Shown: positions 47,483 to 57,115 of the stretch, one piece after another
How positions within the stretch are numbered: position 1 is the stretch's first letter
Layout: each line of letters begins with the position of its first letter
NCBI GenBank assembly: GCA_963771075.1
Contig: CAVYSE010000025.1
Span: forward strand, 32,001 to 96,000
DNA length: 64,000 nt
Reading direction: 5' to 3'
Source of the DNA: a candidate division FCPU426 bacterium
GTDB taxonomy: Bacteria; Oederibacteriota; Muellerivitia; Muellerivitales; Muellerivitaceae
The notes under the pieces: generated by a model
Told to the model about the DNA's origin: nothing
Database searches by the model: none
Seen by the model: the letters and a program-made list of their open reading frames with translations, nothing else
Translations under genes and position numbers: made by a program

Positions 47483-50287
47483 TCAATGCGCCTCGAGCCA
47501 GTTCTTCCCCACGCCCACGTCCACCTTCAGGGGCACCTTGAGTTTCATGGCCCCTTCCATTTCCTTCACGATAATCTTTTTCACGTCCTCGACCTCTCCC
47601 TTGGGGGCTTCGAAGACCAGCTCGTCGTGCACCTGCAGAAGCATGGCGGTTTCCATCTTCTTCTGCTTCAACTTGGCGTGCAGGCGCACCATGGCGATCT
47701 TGATCAGGTCGGCGGCGGAACCCTGAATGGGGGTATTGACCGCCATGTGCTCAGCGGCGACCCTGAGCCCGGGGTTGGTGGAAAGAATTTCCGGCAAAAG
47801 GCGCTTGCGGCCCAGGATAGTGGAGACATAACCCTTTTCCTTCGCCGTTTCCACGCATTCGGTGGTGAACTTCTGGATGCCCGGGTACTTGGCCAGGTAA
47901 TCCTCGATGAACTTCTTGGCTTCCACCATGGAAACCCCGTTTTCCCTGGCCAAGCGCTGGGGGCCCATGCCATAAATGACCCCGAAATTGATGGTCTTGG
48001 CCTGGCCGCGCTGGGTGGAAGTGACCTGGTCCATGGCCACCCCGAAGATGAGGGATGCCGTGCGGCGGTGGACGTCCTCGTCCTTCTCGAAGGTCTCGAT
48101 CAGGTTCGGGTCGCCCGTGATGTGGGCGAGGACCCTTAGCTCGATCTGGGAATAGTCGGCGGAAATCAGCACATGCTTGGAATCCTTGGCCACGAAGGCC
48201 CCCCGGATGCGCCGCCCGAATTCGGAGCGAATGGGGATATTCTGCAGGTTCGGGTCGTTGGAACTAAGCCTTCCCGTGGCCGCCACCGCCTGGCTGTAGG
48301 AGGTGTGGATGCGGCCGTCCTTGGCGTTCGCCATTTGGGGCAGGACGTCGAGATAGGTGTTCTTGAGCTTGGAAAGCTGGCGGTATTCCAGCATCATGTC
48401 CGCGATAGGAACACCCTTGAGGGCCTCCAGCACATCCACGTCGGTGGCGTAGCCCGTCTTGGTCTTCTTGACCCGGGTTCCCCCGATTTTTTGTACCTGC
48501 ATCTTCTCAAATAGGATCTTTCCCAATTGCAGGGGGGAGCCGATATTGAACTCTTCCCCCGCTTCTTTGTAGATCTTCTTGGTGAGTTTTTTCAGCTCCA
48601 CATCCGCCTCGGCGGAAAGGTCCCCCAATAGCTTGGCATCAATAGCAATGCCCGAACGTTCCATGTCCTCCAGCACCATCACCAGGGGCAGTTCCACTTC
48701 TTCATACAACTTCTGCAGGCCTTCCTTTTTCAGGCGAGGGGCGAAGAGGTTGTGCGCGCGCAGGGTGAAGTCCACGTCCTCGCAGGCGTATTGGGTGATG
48801 TCCTCCAGGGGCACCTGGTCCATGGTGATCTCATTTTTGCCCTTGCCGATGAGGGCCTCGGTGGGAATCTTGGTGTAGTTGAAGTGTTTCAGGGCGATGG
48901 CGTCCAGGTTGTGCTGGCGGTAGGAGGAATCCAGCAGGAAGCTCTCGAGCATGGTGTCGAAGGCGAACCCTTTGGGCTCGATGCCGTGGCTCTTGAAGAC
49001 CGCCCAGTCGTACTTGCTGTTTTGGCCGCCCTTGGGGATCTTCGGGTTTTCCAAAAAGGACTTAAGGAGCTTGACGACCTTTTCCTTACTCAGTTCCTGG
49101 TTGAAGGGGATGAAGACAGCTTCCTTCTCTTTCCAGCAAAGGGATGCGCCCACGATATCCACCGTCAAGGGGTCGAGCCCCGTGGTTTCGGTGTCCACGG
49201 CCACCACATCGGCCTTGGCCGCGGCCGCCAGCGCCTTCTCAATTTCCTCCTCAGTCAAGAGGCTCTTGTACTTGTCCGATACGCGCTTCAACTGGGTCGC
49301 GGCAGGTTCGGTTGCCTCCTCTTTTTCCTTTTTTGTTTTTTTGGCTTTATTCCCCTTCTCAGTGGGTTCGGAGGGGCTCTCCAGGACTAGGTCGACCGTC
49401 CCGAACTGGGAGGCGTATTCCTCCACACGGGACATCATCCTGTTGAATTCCAATTCCTGGCAAAGCTCGTGAAGCGCCTTCATGTCGGGTTTTCCAAGAA
49501 CCAGGTCCTTGGGATTGTCGGGAATCGGCGAGTCGCAATCAATGGTCACCAGTTGCTTGGAAAGGTCGGCCATGGCCCGGTTCTTCAGGAGGGATTCCTT
49601 TAGCTTGGGCTTTTCGATTTTCTCGACGTTTTTGAAGAGGTTCTCCATGGTCCCGTATTCCTGGATAAGGGTGGTGGCGGTCTTTTCACCGATGCCCGGC
49701 ACTCCCGGCACGTTGTCCGAGGCGTCGCCCATGAGGGCCAGCACGTCGATGACCTGGTCCGGTTTCACTCCGAATTTTTCCATCACGTCCTTCTCGTCCG
49801 CCATCGACCAGTCGTTCGGCCATTTGGGCTTAAACATCTTCACGTCCGGCCCGATCAATTGCATGAAATCCTTGTCGCCCGATACGATCACGCTTTCGAT
49901 CTTTTCCTTTTTGGCCCGGTGCACCATGGTGCCGATCAGGTCGTCCGCCTCAAAGCCCGGCTTAACCAATAGGGGCAGGTTCAAGGCCTTGACCATCTTG
50001 AAAATGTAAGGGAAGCCGTTGGCAAGATCTTCGGGCATTTCCTCCCGGTTGGCCTTGTATTCCTTATACATTTTGTGCCGGAAGGTAGGCTCCTTAGAAT
50101 CAAACACGACCGCGAAATAATCGGGTTTTTGTTTTCGCAGTATCATCAACAGGGTGTCCACGAAACCGTAGACCGCCGAGGTGTCGAAACCCTTCGATGT
50201 CTTGCGAGGGTTCTTGATGAAGGCGAAATGGGCCCGGTAGGCCATCGCGGCTCCGTCCAAAAGGAACAACCGGGGTTTGGCGGCCAT
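47483..50287 (-). CDS. polA: DNA polymerase I
   Basis: 5'-3' exonuclease (LLDG..YRAHFA, FEADD, GDASDNVPGV), 3'-5' exonuclease DTET, polymerase motifs ADYSQIELR, KTINFG.IYG, QVHDELVFE. Confidence 0.97.
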   Translation of the reverse strand: MAAKPRLFLLDGAAMAYRAHFAFIKNPRKTSKGFDTSAVYGFVDTLLMILRKQKPDYFAVVFDSKEPTFRHKMYKEYKANREEMPEDLANGFPYIFKMVKALNLPLLVKPGFEADDLIGTMVHRAKKEKIESVIVSGDKDFMQLIGPDVKMFKPKWPNDWSMADEKDVMEKFGVKPDQVIDVLALMGDASDNVPGVPGIGEKTATTLIQEYGTMENLFKNVEKIEKPKLKESLLKNRAMADLSKQLVTIDCDSPIPDNPKDLVLGKPDMKALHELCQELEFNRMMSRVEEYASQFGTVDLVLESPSEPTEKGNKAKKTKKEKEEATEPAATQLKRVSDKYKSLLTEEEIEKALAAAAKADVVAVDTETTGLDPLTVDIVGASLCWKEKEAVFIPFNQELSKEKVVKLLKSFLENPKIPKGGQNSKYDWAVFKSHGIEPKGFAFDTMLESFLLDSSYRQHNLDAIALKHFNYTKIPTEALIGKGKNEITMDQVPLEDITQYACEDVDFTLRAHNLFAPRLKKEGLQKLYEEVELPLVMVLEDMERSGIAIDAKLLGDLSAEADVELKKLTKKIYKEAGEEFNIGSPLQLGKILFEKMQVQKIGGTRVKKTKTGYATDVDVLEALKGVPIADMMLEYRQLSKLKNTYLDVLPQMANAKDGRIHTSYSQAVAATGRLSSNDPNLQNIPIRSEFGRRIRGAFVAKDSKHVLISADYSQIELRVLAHITGDPNLIETFEKDEDVHRRTASLIFGVAMDQVTSTQRGQAKTINFGVIYGMGPQRLARENGVSMVEAKKFIEDYLAKYPGIQKFTTECVETAKEKGYVSTILGRKRLLPEILSTNPGLRVAAEHMAVNTPIQGSAADLIKIAMVRLHAKLKQKKMETAMLLQVHDELVFEAPKGEVEDVKKIIVKEMEGAMKLKVPLKVDVGVGKNWLEAH

Positions 50288-50402
50288 GGTCCTGCCTTTC
50301 GAAAAAATATTAAACTCACATCCAACGCATTCCACCCTTCCATTCAACATTGAGGGAGGGTGGTTTAGACCCGAATTCTCGGGTCTCCGGGTCCACAAGG
50401 GA

Positions 50403-50516
50403 ACGAAGCCACGAAGGCGCCAAGAAAGGCGATATTTTAGGAAACCAAGGCTCAGAAAACACGCCAGCGTTTTATAAATCTAAAGGTTTAAATCCAATCT
50501 CCCTTTGTGACTTCGT
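50403..50516. repeat. Inverted-repeat element with 8-nt-periodic arms
   Basis: ACGAAGCCACGAAGG vs reverse complement of 50502-50516, ACGAAGTCACAAAGG (13/15). Confidence 0.6.
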
Positions 50517-50529
50517 GTTGGCGGTAGGT

Positions 50530-51069
50530 TTAAAATTTTTTCACGAAGGGAACGGAATAAATTTCTTTAACCGGGTGGTATTCCGCCAGGGCCAAGCGGC
50601 TGTAACAGCCCTTCTGAGCGTAAGGCGTCTTCTGGAGGAAATCAAAGGCCTGGTTCAATTCTTTTTGCGTGAGCCCCATCCCCAGGGTACAATGGGGCAC
50701 CCATCGTCCCGGAAGGTAATAGGCAAGGGCTCCTTTCGCGAGGCCTTTTAATGAAAGATGGAGAAGACCATGCAGTTTTAATAGGACGGGCGTGACCACC
50801 GGGGCTAGAAAGAGAGCCCTTTCCTTTCCCGGGAAATTTCCCAAGCTGGAAAGTTCAAAGGGGATCGGGTTAAAACGTCGAGCCAATCGGGCCAATCGGG
50901 GGATGACCCTTGCAGAATTGAATTGCTCGAACACCGCCAGGGTTACGTGGGGGCTGGTGCCCGCGGCCTTGAGGATGGTGGGTATCTTCCTTTTCTCGAG
51001 TTGAAGGCCCAGCCTGCGAACGGACCTGTCGGTTTGCGGGTCAAATAAAAGCTCAATGGCAAAAGGCAT
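50530..51069 (-). CDS. 2H phosphoesterase (2'-5' RNA ligase superfamily)
   Basis: Two HxT motifs: PHVTL and PHCTL. Confidence 0.85.
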   Translation of the reverse strand: MPFAIELLFDPQTDRSVRRLGLQLEKRKIPTILKAAGTSPHVTLAVFEQFNSARVIPRLARLARRFNPIPFELSSLGNFPGKERALFLAPVVTPVLLKLHGLLHLSLKGLAKGALAYYLPGRWVPHCTLGMGLTQKELNQAFDFLQKTPYAQKGCYSRLALAEYHPVKEIYSVPFVKKF

Positions 51070-51081
51070 AGGGGTTTCTCC

Positions 51082-51122
51082 AAAAAAAAGGCCCCTTTTG
51101 GAATGATCCAAAAGGGGCCTTC
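51082..51122 (-). terminator. Intrinsic terminator after parAB and the small ORF
   Basis: Perfect 16-bp stem AAAGGCCCCTTTTGGA-ATGA-TCCAAAAGGGGCCTTT, ending in a T8 run on the minus strand. Confidence 0.85.
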
Positions 51123-51189
51123 ACTATATCAAAAACTGACGGGTTCGGGCAGGAACCCTAAAAACGTTTTTTGCCAGGCCTAAAAAAAA

Positions 51190-51474
51190 TCAGGCGGATA
51201 TACCGTATTTTTTCTTGGCCTCCGGTGTCATATTTTCAATATGTTCCAAGAGCAGGCGCGCGCGAATCCCTTTGGTCCTCCGCAATTCGCCGTCCATAGT
51301 CCCCTTCAGCCGGCCCTGCAACATGTCGGCCACTTTTCGAGGGGCATAGACGTAAATATCCACGCCATCATCTTTGTAGTTTCCGTAATCGTTCCGAATT
51401 ACTGCCATCGGCGCCAGTCTCTTCACCTCCCCTTCCATTTTTTTCGCCAGTATTTCTGCCGCGGTTTGAGGCAT
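51190..51474 (-). CDS. Small hypothetical protein
   Basis: RBS GAGGAGG, 94-aa ORF. Confidence 0.7.
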   Translation of the reverse strand: MPQTAAEILAKKMEGEVKRLAPMAVIRNDYGNYKDDGVDIYVYAPRKVADMLQGRLKGTMDGELRRTKGIRARLLLEHIENMTPEAKKKYGISA

Positions 51475-51568
51475 TGCTTCGCCCTCCTCAGGTTCGTCGG
51501 AATAGTTCTCCCACTCACGCTTTTCCGTTCGACCGTGAATAGAATCTTAAAAATTTATTCAGTGATTG

Positions 51569-52435
51569 TCAACGATACCCGGCTTTTCGGAATAGATTGA
51601 GGATCCGGTCCAGTTCGTCCAGCGAGTAATATTCCAAGGTGACGGTGCCCTTTTGCTTGCCACGGGTCTTGACCGTGACCTTGGTGCCCAACCAATCGCG
51701 CAAACTTTCCTCCAACTTGGCGATATTGGGGTCTTTCCCCTTGGAACCGGTTTTACTCCGGCGGGTCGGTCCTTTTTGGTTTTGGAGCCATTGCTCCACC
51801 TCGCGCACCGAAATGCCGTGATGGAGGATCTTATCCGCCCATTTTTTTTGCTCCTGCAGGGTGGGCAGGGCCGCCAGCACGCGGGCGTGGCTTGAGGTGA
51901 GTTTGCCCGAGGCCAAATAGGCTTGCACATCGGGGGCGAGTTTCAACAGGCGGAGGGCGTTGGCCACGGTGGCGCGGTCCTTGCCGACCTTCTGGGCGAT
52001 CTGCTCCTGCGTCATTTGGAATTCTTCCTGCAGGCGGTGGTACCCTTCCGCCTCTTCAATGGGATTGAGGTCGGAACGCTGGAGGTTCTCGATCAGGGCG
52101 ATCTCCAACGATTCCACGTCGGAAGCTTGGACTTCCATGGCGGGCAGGGTCAGGAGCCCGAGCTTTTGGGCCGCGCGCCAACGGCGCTCGCCGGCGATAA
52201 TTTCCCAGCCTTCCGCCCTCTTGCGAACCACGATGGGCTGAAGTATTCCTTTTTCCCTCACCGAATTCACCAAATCCTGCAGATCCTCGGGCCGGAAAAC
52301 CTTCCGGGGCTGCAGGGGATTGGGTCGGATCTTGGAGAGCGGTATCTGTTGGACTCCGCCCTTCCGTTCCTCCATGGGCTTTTTGGGAATGAGGGCTTCC
52401 AATCCTTTGCCTAGGGCTTTTTTAGTCACGGGCAA
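51569..52435 (-). CDS. parB: Chromosome partitioning protein ParB/Spo0J
   Basis: LGKGLEALI, NPLQPRKVF, IIAGERRWRA, ENLQRSDLNPIEEA, HTH. Confidence 0.96.
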   Translation of the reverse strand: MPVTKKALGKGLEALIPKKPMEERKGGVQQIPLSKIRPNPLQPRKVFRPEDLQDLVNSVREKGILQPIVVRKRAEGWEIIAGERRWRAAQKLGLLTLPAMEVQASDVESLEIALIENLQRSDLNPIEEAEGYHRLQEEFQMTQEQIAQKVGKDRATVANALRLLKLAPDVQAYLASGKLTSSHARVLAALPTLQEQKKWADKILHHGISVREVEQWLQNQKGPTRRSKTGSKGKDPNIAKLEESLRDWLGTKVTVKTRGKQKGTVTLEYYSLDELDRILNLFRKAGYR

Positions 52436-53183
52436 CCACCTCCTTCGTCAGGTTCAAATAGGCTTGGGCCCCGCTGGACCGAATGTCGTAAAGGATAATG
52501 GGCTTTCCGAACGATGGGGATTCGGAAAGCTGGACGTTTCGGGGGATCACCGTTTGGTAGATCTTTTCACCAAAAAACTTTTTCACTTCATCACCCACCT
52601 GGTTGGCCAGCCGGGTGCGGGCGTCGTGCATGGTCAATACCGCCCCCTCAATGGTCAACTCGGGATTAAGGCTTTCCCTCACCCGCTCAATGGTCTCCAT
52701 CAACGAGCTTAAGCCTTCCAGGGCGTAATATTCCGCTTGGATAGGGATCAAAACCGACCGCGCGGCGGTCAAGGCGTTCAGGGTCAGGAAACCCAGCGAG
52801 GGTGGGCAATCGATCAGCACGAAATCGAATGCCTCTTCCACCGATTCCAGGGATTTTTTCAGCCTCGACTCCCTCTCCTCCATGCCCACCAGTTCCACTT
52901 CCGCGCCGGTCAAATGCCCGTTGGACGGCACGCAAAAAAGCCTTTGAAGCTCGGTAGATTTAATAGCCTGAAGGATATCCGCGTCCCCCATCAAAACCTG
53001 ATAAATCGTGGGATCACACTCGTTTTTATCGATGCCGACGCCGCTGGTGGCGTTTCCCTGGGGGTCCAGGTCAATGAGGAGGGTCTTTTTCTCAATAGCC
53101 GCCAGGCAGGCGGCCAGATTCACGGTGGTAGTGGTTTTTCCCACCCCGCCCTTTTGGTTGGCGACACAAATGATCTTCTTCAT
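52422..53183 (-). CDS. parA: Chromosome partitioning ATPase ParA/Soj
   Basis: NQKGGVGKTTT, DLDPQGNAT, DCPPSLG, EYYALEG. Confidence 0.96.
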   Translation of the reverse strand: MKKIICVANQKGGVGKTTTTVNLAACLAAIEKKTLLIDLDPQGNATSGVGIDKNECDPTIYQVLMGDADILQAIKSTELQRLFCVPSNGHLTGAEVELVGMEERESRLKKSLESVEEAFDFVLIDCPPSLGFLTLNALTAARSVLIPIQAEYYALEGLSSLMETIERVRESLNPELTIEGAVLTMHDARTRLANQVGDEVKKFFGEKIYQTVIPRNVQLSESPSFGKPIILYDIRSSGAQAYLNLTKEVVARD

Positions 53184-53296
53184 GACCGTATCCTGGGTTT
53201 CATATTACAACTTTGTTTAGGAAGATGGGAAAATCGCTTCTTGGGGGCGTCACTATAACACCGGGTTGAAGACCGGGCAACGACGCCTTCGATTCC

Positions 53297-54265
53297 TTAC
53301 GGTTGACCGCCTTTGAAGAGCCCTTTAACTTGAATGGGTTTGAGAAAATAGCAGATGAGTCCAAGCAAGGAGAAAAGAACCGTACCAATCAAAAAGGTGA
53401 GAAAGGAATAGGCCAGGGCCTTATCGGGACTTAACCCGACCAGGCCGAACAGGATGATCAGCGAGCCTTCCCGGGTTCCCATCCCCAAGAAAGTGACCAG
53501 GGAGACGATGTTCACGACCGAGATGCAAAAGGCGATAAATGAGAACCCAATGATGGACAGTCCGATGGCATGGGCTAATTGCTCACAGCCCCAGAAATAA
53601 ATAAGGTAAGAAGCGGTCGTAAGAAGGATTGGAATCAAAACGGCGGGTTTGTAATAGGCCGTCATACCCTCATGGAACTCATCAAAAGCCTTGTCGGTAA
53701 TTTCCTTATGTTCTTGTTTCATCATGCGCTGGAAAACCGTTTTCAGGATGGTTCCGCCGATTTTTTGGTTGAAGGCCAGGACCGTGATGGCGAACAGTAT
53801 GACGAAAAACACCCAGACCATTTTGATCAAATTGGGGTCGACCGGCATGGGATAAAAAAGGATACCCGCCCCCCCCAGGATCAAAAGGATATAGAGATCA
53901 AACACCCGATCGACCAACACGCTCGGCATGGCCTTACCCACCGGCATTTTTAAATCTTCTTGGAGGTAAAAAATCTTGACGAAATCACCCACCCGGCCAG
54001 GGGTCACGTTTCCCCAAAAAAGACTGCCCATATAGATCAAAAAACAGTACCACACCGGATAGTTCTGACCCTGCATTTTGAGGAGGTAGCTCCATCGAAT
54101 ACCCTTCAAATAGACCATCGCGATGAAGGTCAGCAAGCATACGAAGCAGAGGGTCAGGTTCGCTTGCTTCAAAAGGAGCCAAGCGGAAGCGAGATTGTCT
54201 TTTTTAACAAAAAGAACGACCCCCAAAAGAACAAGACCGATAACAATGGGCAGGTATTTTTTCAT
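53297..54265 (-). CDS. Lysylphosphatidylglycerol-synthase TM domain / flippase-like protein (UPF0104)
   Basis: RW..LL, TPGRVGD..K, DRVFD, GMGTREG. Confidence 0.85.
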   Translation of the reverse strand: MKKYLPIVIGLVLLGVVLFVKKDNLASAWLLLKQANLTLCFVCLLTFIAMVYLKGIRWSYLLKMQGQNYPVWYCFLIYMGSLFWGNVTPGRVGDFVKIFYLQEDLKMPVGKAMPSVLVDRVFDLYILLILGGAGILFYPMPVDPNLIKMVWVFFVILFAITVLAFNQKIGGTILKTVFQRMMKQEHKEITDKAFDEFHEGMTAYYKPAVLIPILLTTASYLIYFWGCEQLAHAIGLSIIGFSFIAFCISVVNIVSLVTFLGMGTREGSLIILFGLVGLSPDKALAYSFLTFLIGTVLFSLLGLICYFLKPIQVKGLFKGGQP

Positions 54266-54312
54266 TTAGAAGTGAAACCTTTAGAAGAAATGGATCAGCT
54301 CAAGGCGGGTTA

Positions 54313-55731
54313 TTATATCCGAAGCATCTTCAGCCCGACACGGGCTTTTCGCAAAAGGTCCAGGGGGGAGTGGGTGTAGGCCATGTTCTTCATGACCATC
54401 CGGGGACGAAGGTAGAAAGATTTATAGGCGTATTTTAAAAGATCGACCAGCTCTTCCCTCTTCATGTTTTCTTCCCAAAGCCGCGGCTTGAAATCGGGAG
54501 TCGGATTTTTGGCGAACTCGGCCCAGTAATCCGAATCATATCGCCCTTCCTCCAGTGCCTTGTAATAAATGGCCGTGGCGGGAAAGGGGGTCAAGATGGA
54601 AAAATGCACGAAGTCAGGGTCCAGTTCCTTGGCGAACTGTATGGTGTGAAGGGCCATTTCCCGAGTCTCGCCTGGATTGCCGATCATGAAATAGGCCAAG
54701 GTCTTCATGCCATGGTCCCGGGTCGCCTTAAAAATTCGGCGGACTTGGTCCAAATCCAGGTCTTTTAAAAGGGTCGCCAGCACCTCCTCATTGCCCGATT
54801 CCACCCCGTAGTGGATCCGATCACAACCCGCTGAAGCCAGTTCTTTCAGCATTTCCTCATCCATGCGGTCGGCCCGGGCACGGATATCGAAGGCGATCTC
54901 CATTTTTCTTTTCTTGATTTCGGAACAGATGTCAAAAACCCTTTTTCGGTTTACGTTGAAGGTGTCATCGTATATGAAGAATTCCCGGATACCCATATTC
55001 ACGCAAGCCTCCATCTCATTGACCACGCAATTCGCCGTATGGCTGCGGAACCTTCGACCCATGGTGGGCCGGTCACAGAAAAGGCACCGGTAAGGACAAC
55101 CCCGGCTCGTAAACATGGTCGTGATGGGATTATGCTTGGCCAGGATGGAATAATATTTATGGATCGGCGTTAGTTCCCTGGCAGGATAGGGCAAATGATC
55201 CAAATCCTCCACGGGAGGCGCGGGGGGATTATCCTTAATTTGATCCGTAAGGGGATCCCGATAGGCCAAACCAAATACTTGGGTCAGGGGCAACAGCCCC
55301 TCCAGGGCACCGAGGAGTTGGGTGAATGCAAGTTCCCCTTCTCCCTTGATGGCGAAATCCACTTCTTTCATGGCCAGGGTTTCCCGCGCATAAATGTGGA
55401 CGTGGGGACCGCCCATGACCACCTTGCACTTGGGATTTGCCCGTTTGGCCGCCTGGGCCACCATGCGGGCGTCGATGACCGTAAAGGTCAGGGTTTGGAT
55501 CCCCACCACATCCGGCATGATTTCCCGAATTCGGTTTTCCACCTCTTCCTGGGATACCTCCTCGACTTGGCAATCCAGAACCAGGATCTCATGAGCGGTG
55601 CGGGCCTTCGCGTAACCGGCCACGTAAAGCAGGCCGAGGGGTGGGTTAAAACCCCTCTCCTCATCCACCACGGAGGGAATGTTCGTGGTGATCATGTTTT
55701 CGCTCGGCGGGTTGACCAGCAAAACCTTCAT
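54313..55731 (-). CDS. Cobalamin-binding radical SAM enzyme (class B methyltransferase-like)
   Basis: PPLGLLYVA, GGPH, GEGE, TSRGCPYRCLFC, DDTF, GVESG. Confidence 0.92.
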   Translation of the reverse strand: MKVLLVNPPSENMITTNIPSVVDEERGFNPPLGLLYVAGYAKARTAHEILVLDCQVEEVSQEEVENRIREIMPDVVGIQTLTFTVIDARMVAQAAKRANPKCKVVMGGPHVHIYARETLAMKEVDFAIKGEGELAFTQLLGALEGLLPLTQVFGLAYRDPLTDQIKDNPPAPPVEDLDHLPYPARELTPIHKYYSILAKHNPITTMFTSRGCPYRCLFCDRPTMGRRFRSHTANCVVNEMEACVNMGIREFFIYDDTFNVNRKRVFDICSEIKKRKMEIAFDIRARADRMDEEMLKELASAGCDRIHYGVESGNEEVLATLLKDLDLDQVRRIFKATRDHGMKTLAYFMIGNPGETREMALHTIQFAKELDPDFVHFSILTPFPATAIYYKALEEGRYDSDYWAEFAKNPTPDFKPRLWEENMKREELVDLLKYAYKSFYLRPRMVMKNMAYTHSPLDLLRKARVGLKMLRI

Positions 55732-55732
55732 T

Positions 55733-56596
55733 CTATCTCCCCCTCTTCACCAGCAGGTCCGCCAACAGCCCCAGGGCCGCCACCTGGAGGCCCGCCACCA
55801 ACCACAGTATGGTGACGCCGCTCAAGGATTGTCCATGGACCGCGGAGAATAAACCGCTCCCAATACCCGCCAACAAAAGAATACCGCTTAAAGGAATGAA
55901 AATCTTAAGCGGCTTGAAATACATAACGACCCTCAAAACTAACGAAAAAAAGTTGATGGTGTCCTTGATCGGGTGGATCTTCGAGGAACCGATGCGTTCC
56001 CGGTATTGGATGGGCAAGTAATGAACGATATAACCATGGCATTCCAAGGCCAAGGTCAGTGTGGTCGTAAAGGAGAATCCGTTGGGAAAAAGGCCCTCAT
56101 AACGCCCGGCGATTTTTTTGCGGAAAACTCTTAATCCCGAATTCAAATCCGGGATTTTTCGTTCGGCAAGGTAGTTCGCCCACCGGCCCAAAAGCCACTT
56201 CGGGAACCGGCGTAAAGGCGGAATGGCCGAGTTTGGCTTGACCCGGGCTCCCACCGCCATATCGGCGGTCTGGACCGATTCAAGGAGTGCCGGTAAATCT
56301 TCTGCCGGATAGGTTCCGTCGGCGTCCAGGATGGCGATGAGGTCGTACCGGGCCTGTCGAATTCCCGCCTTGAGAGAAGCCCCATAACCCCGGTTTTCTC
56401 CCATTTGAATGATCTGGGCCCCGGCTTTTTTCGCTTGCGACGCGGTTTCATCCCTGCTCCCGTCATCCACTACCAGGATTTCATGGGTAACACGGGCGGC
56501 CTTCAAATGTCGGCGTACTTCCCTGACCACCCCCGCCACCCCCCTTTCTTCGTTGTAAGCGGGAATGACGACTGAAACCGGCTCGCAAGGGGTCAT
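55733..56596 (-). CDS. Glycosyltransferase family 2 (polyprenol-phosphate glycosyltransferase-like, 2 C-terminal TM)
   Basis: VVIPAYNEE, VDDGS.D, NRGYG, LDADGTY, DLNSGLR. Confidence 0.92.
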   Translation of the reverse strand: MTPCEPVSVVIPAYNEERGVAGVVREVRRHLKAARVTHEILVVDDGSRDETASQAKKAGAQIIQMGENRGYGASLKAGIRQARYDLIAILDADGTYPAEDLPALLESVQTADMAVGARVKPNSAIPPLRRFPKWLLGRWANYLAERKIPDLNSGLRVFRKKIAGRYEGLFPNGFSFTTTLTLALECHGYIVHYLPIQYRERIGSSKIHPIKDTINFFSLVLRVVMYFKPLKIFIPLSGILLLAGIGSGLFSAVHGQSLSGVTILWLVAGLQVAALGLLADLLVKRGR

Positions 56597-56952
56597 TGGA
56601 GCTCCACCTTCATTTCCGTATAGTGTGGGTCGCCCTGGGCGGGGTAGAAGCTTACCCGTACCTTATAGGTCCCGGGCTTCACCCAAGGGGAAAAGGGAAT
56701 GGTGCCATAAAAGAACCAGATGTTTTTGTCCACATCCTTGGCAAAAACCAGGGTGGGACTGCCGAACGTCTCCACCACACCCACCACCTTGACCGCGTCC
56801 ATGGGAGCTTGTACCTTCGCCAAGGCAGGCTGTCCACGCTTAACCGGCATGGGTTTGATTTGGAGCGCCATCGTATCATCACGCACCCCGAGGGAGGCAC
56901 AGCCAGAAAATAGTCCCGTCAAAAGAAGCAAGAAAAACAAAATGTATCGCAT
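56593..56952 (-). CDS. Small lipoprotein
   Basis: MRYILFFLLLLTGLFSGC lipobox; TAGGAT-N7-ATG upstream. Confidence 0.78.
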   Translation of the reverse strand: MRYILFFLLLLTGLFSGCASLGVRDDTMALQIKPMPVKRGQPALAKVQAPMDAVKVVGVVETFGSPTLVFAKDVDKNIWFFYGTIPFSPWVKPGTYKVRVSFYPAQGDPHYTEMKVELQ

Positions 56953-57115
56953 GGGAACCATCCTAGGATATTTTGCGCAAAAAAGAACCGGCCCGAAGGG
57001 CAAAAAGAGGGGCTTATTAAATATTCAATTGTTCGAGGAATAGGAAACCCCAACGAAACAGGACAAGGGCAGGTGTGCCTGTTAGAAGAGCAAAAGGGCC
57101 CGGTAGAAAAAGCCT

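Noticed and set aside
51190..51474. Minimal nucleotidyltransferase antitoxin (DDGVDIYVY)
   Set aside because: Lacks the GS motif and has no HEPN partner; left as hypothetical
51475..53296. oriC or parS expected near parAB
   Set aside because: No DnaA-box cluster or parS palindrome was found by eye, and the usual rsmG/mnmG/dnaA neighbours are absent
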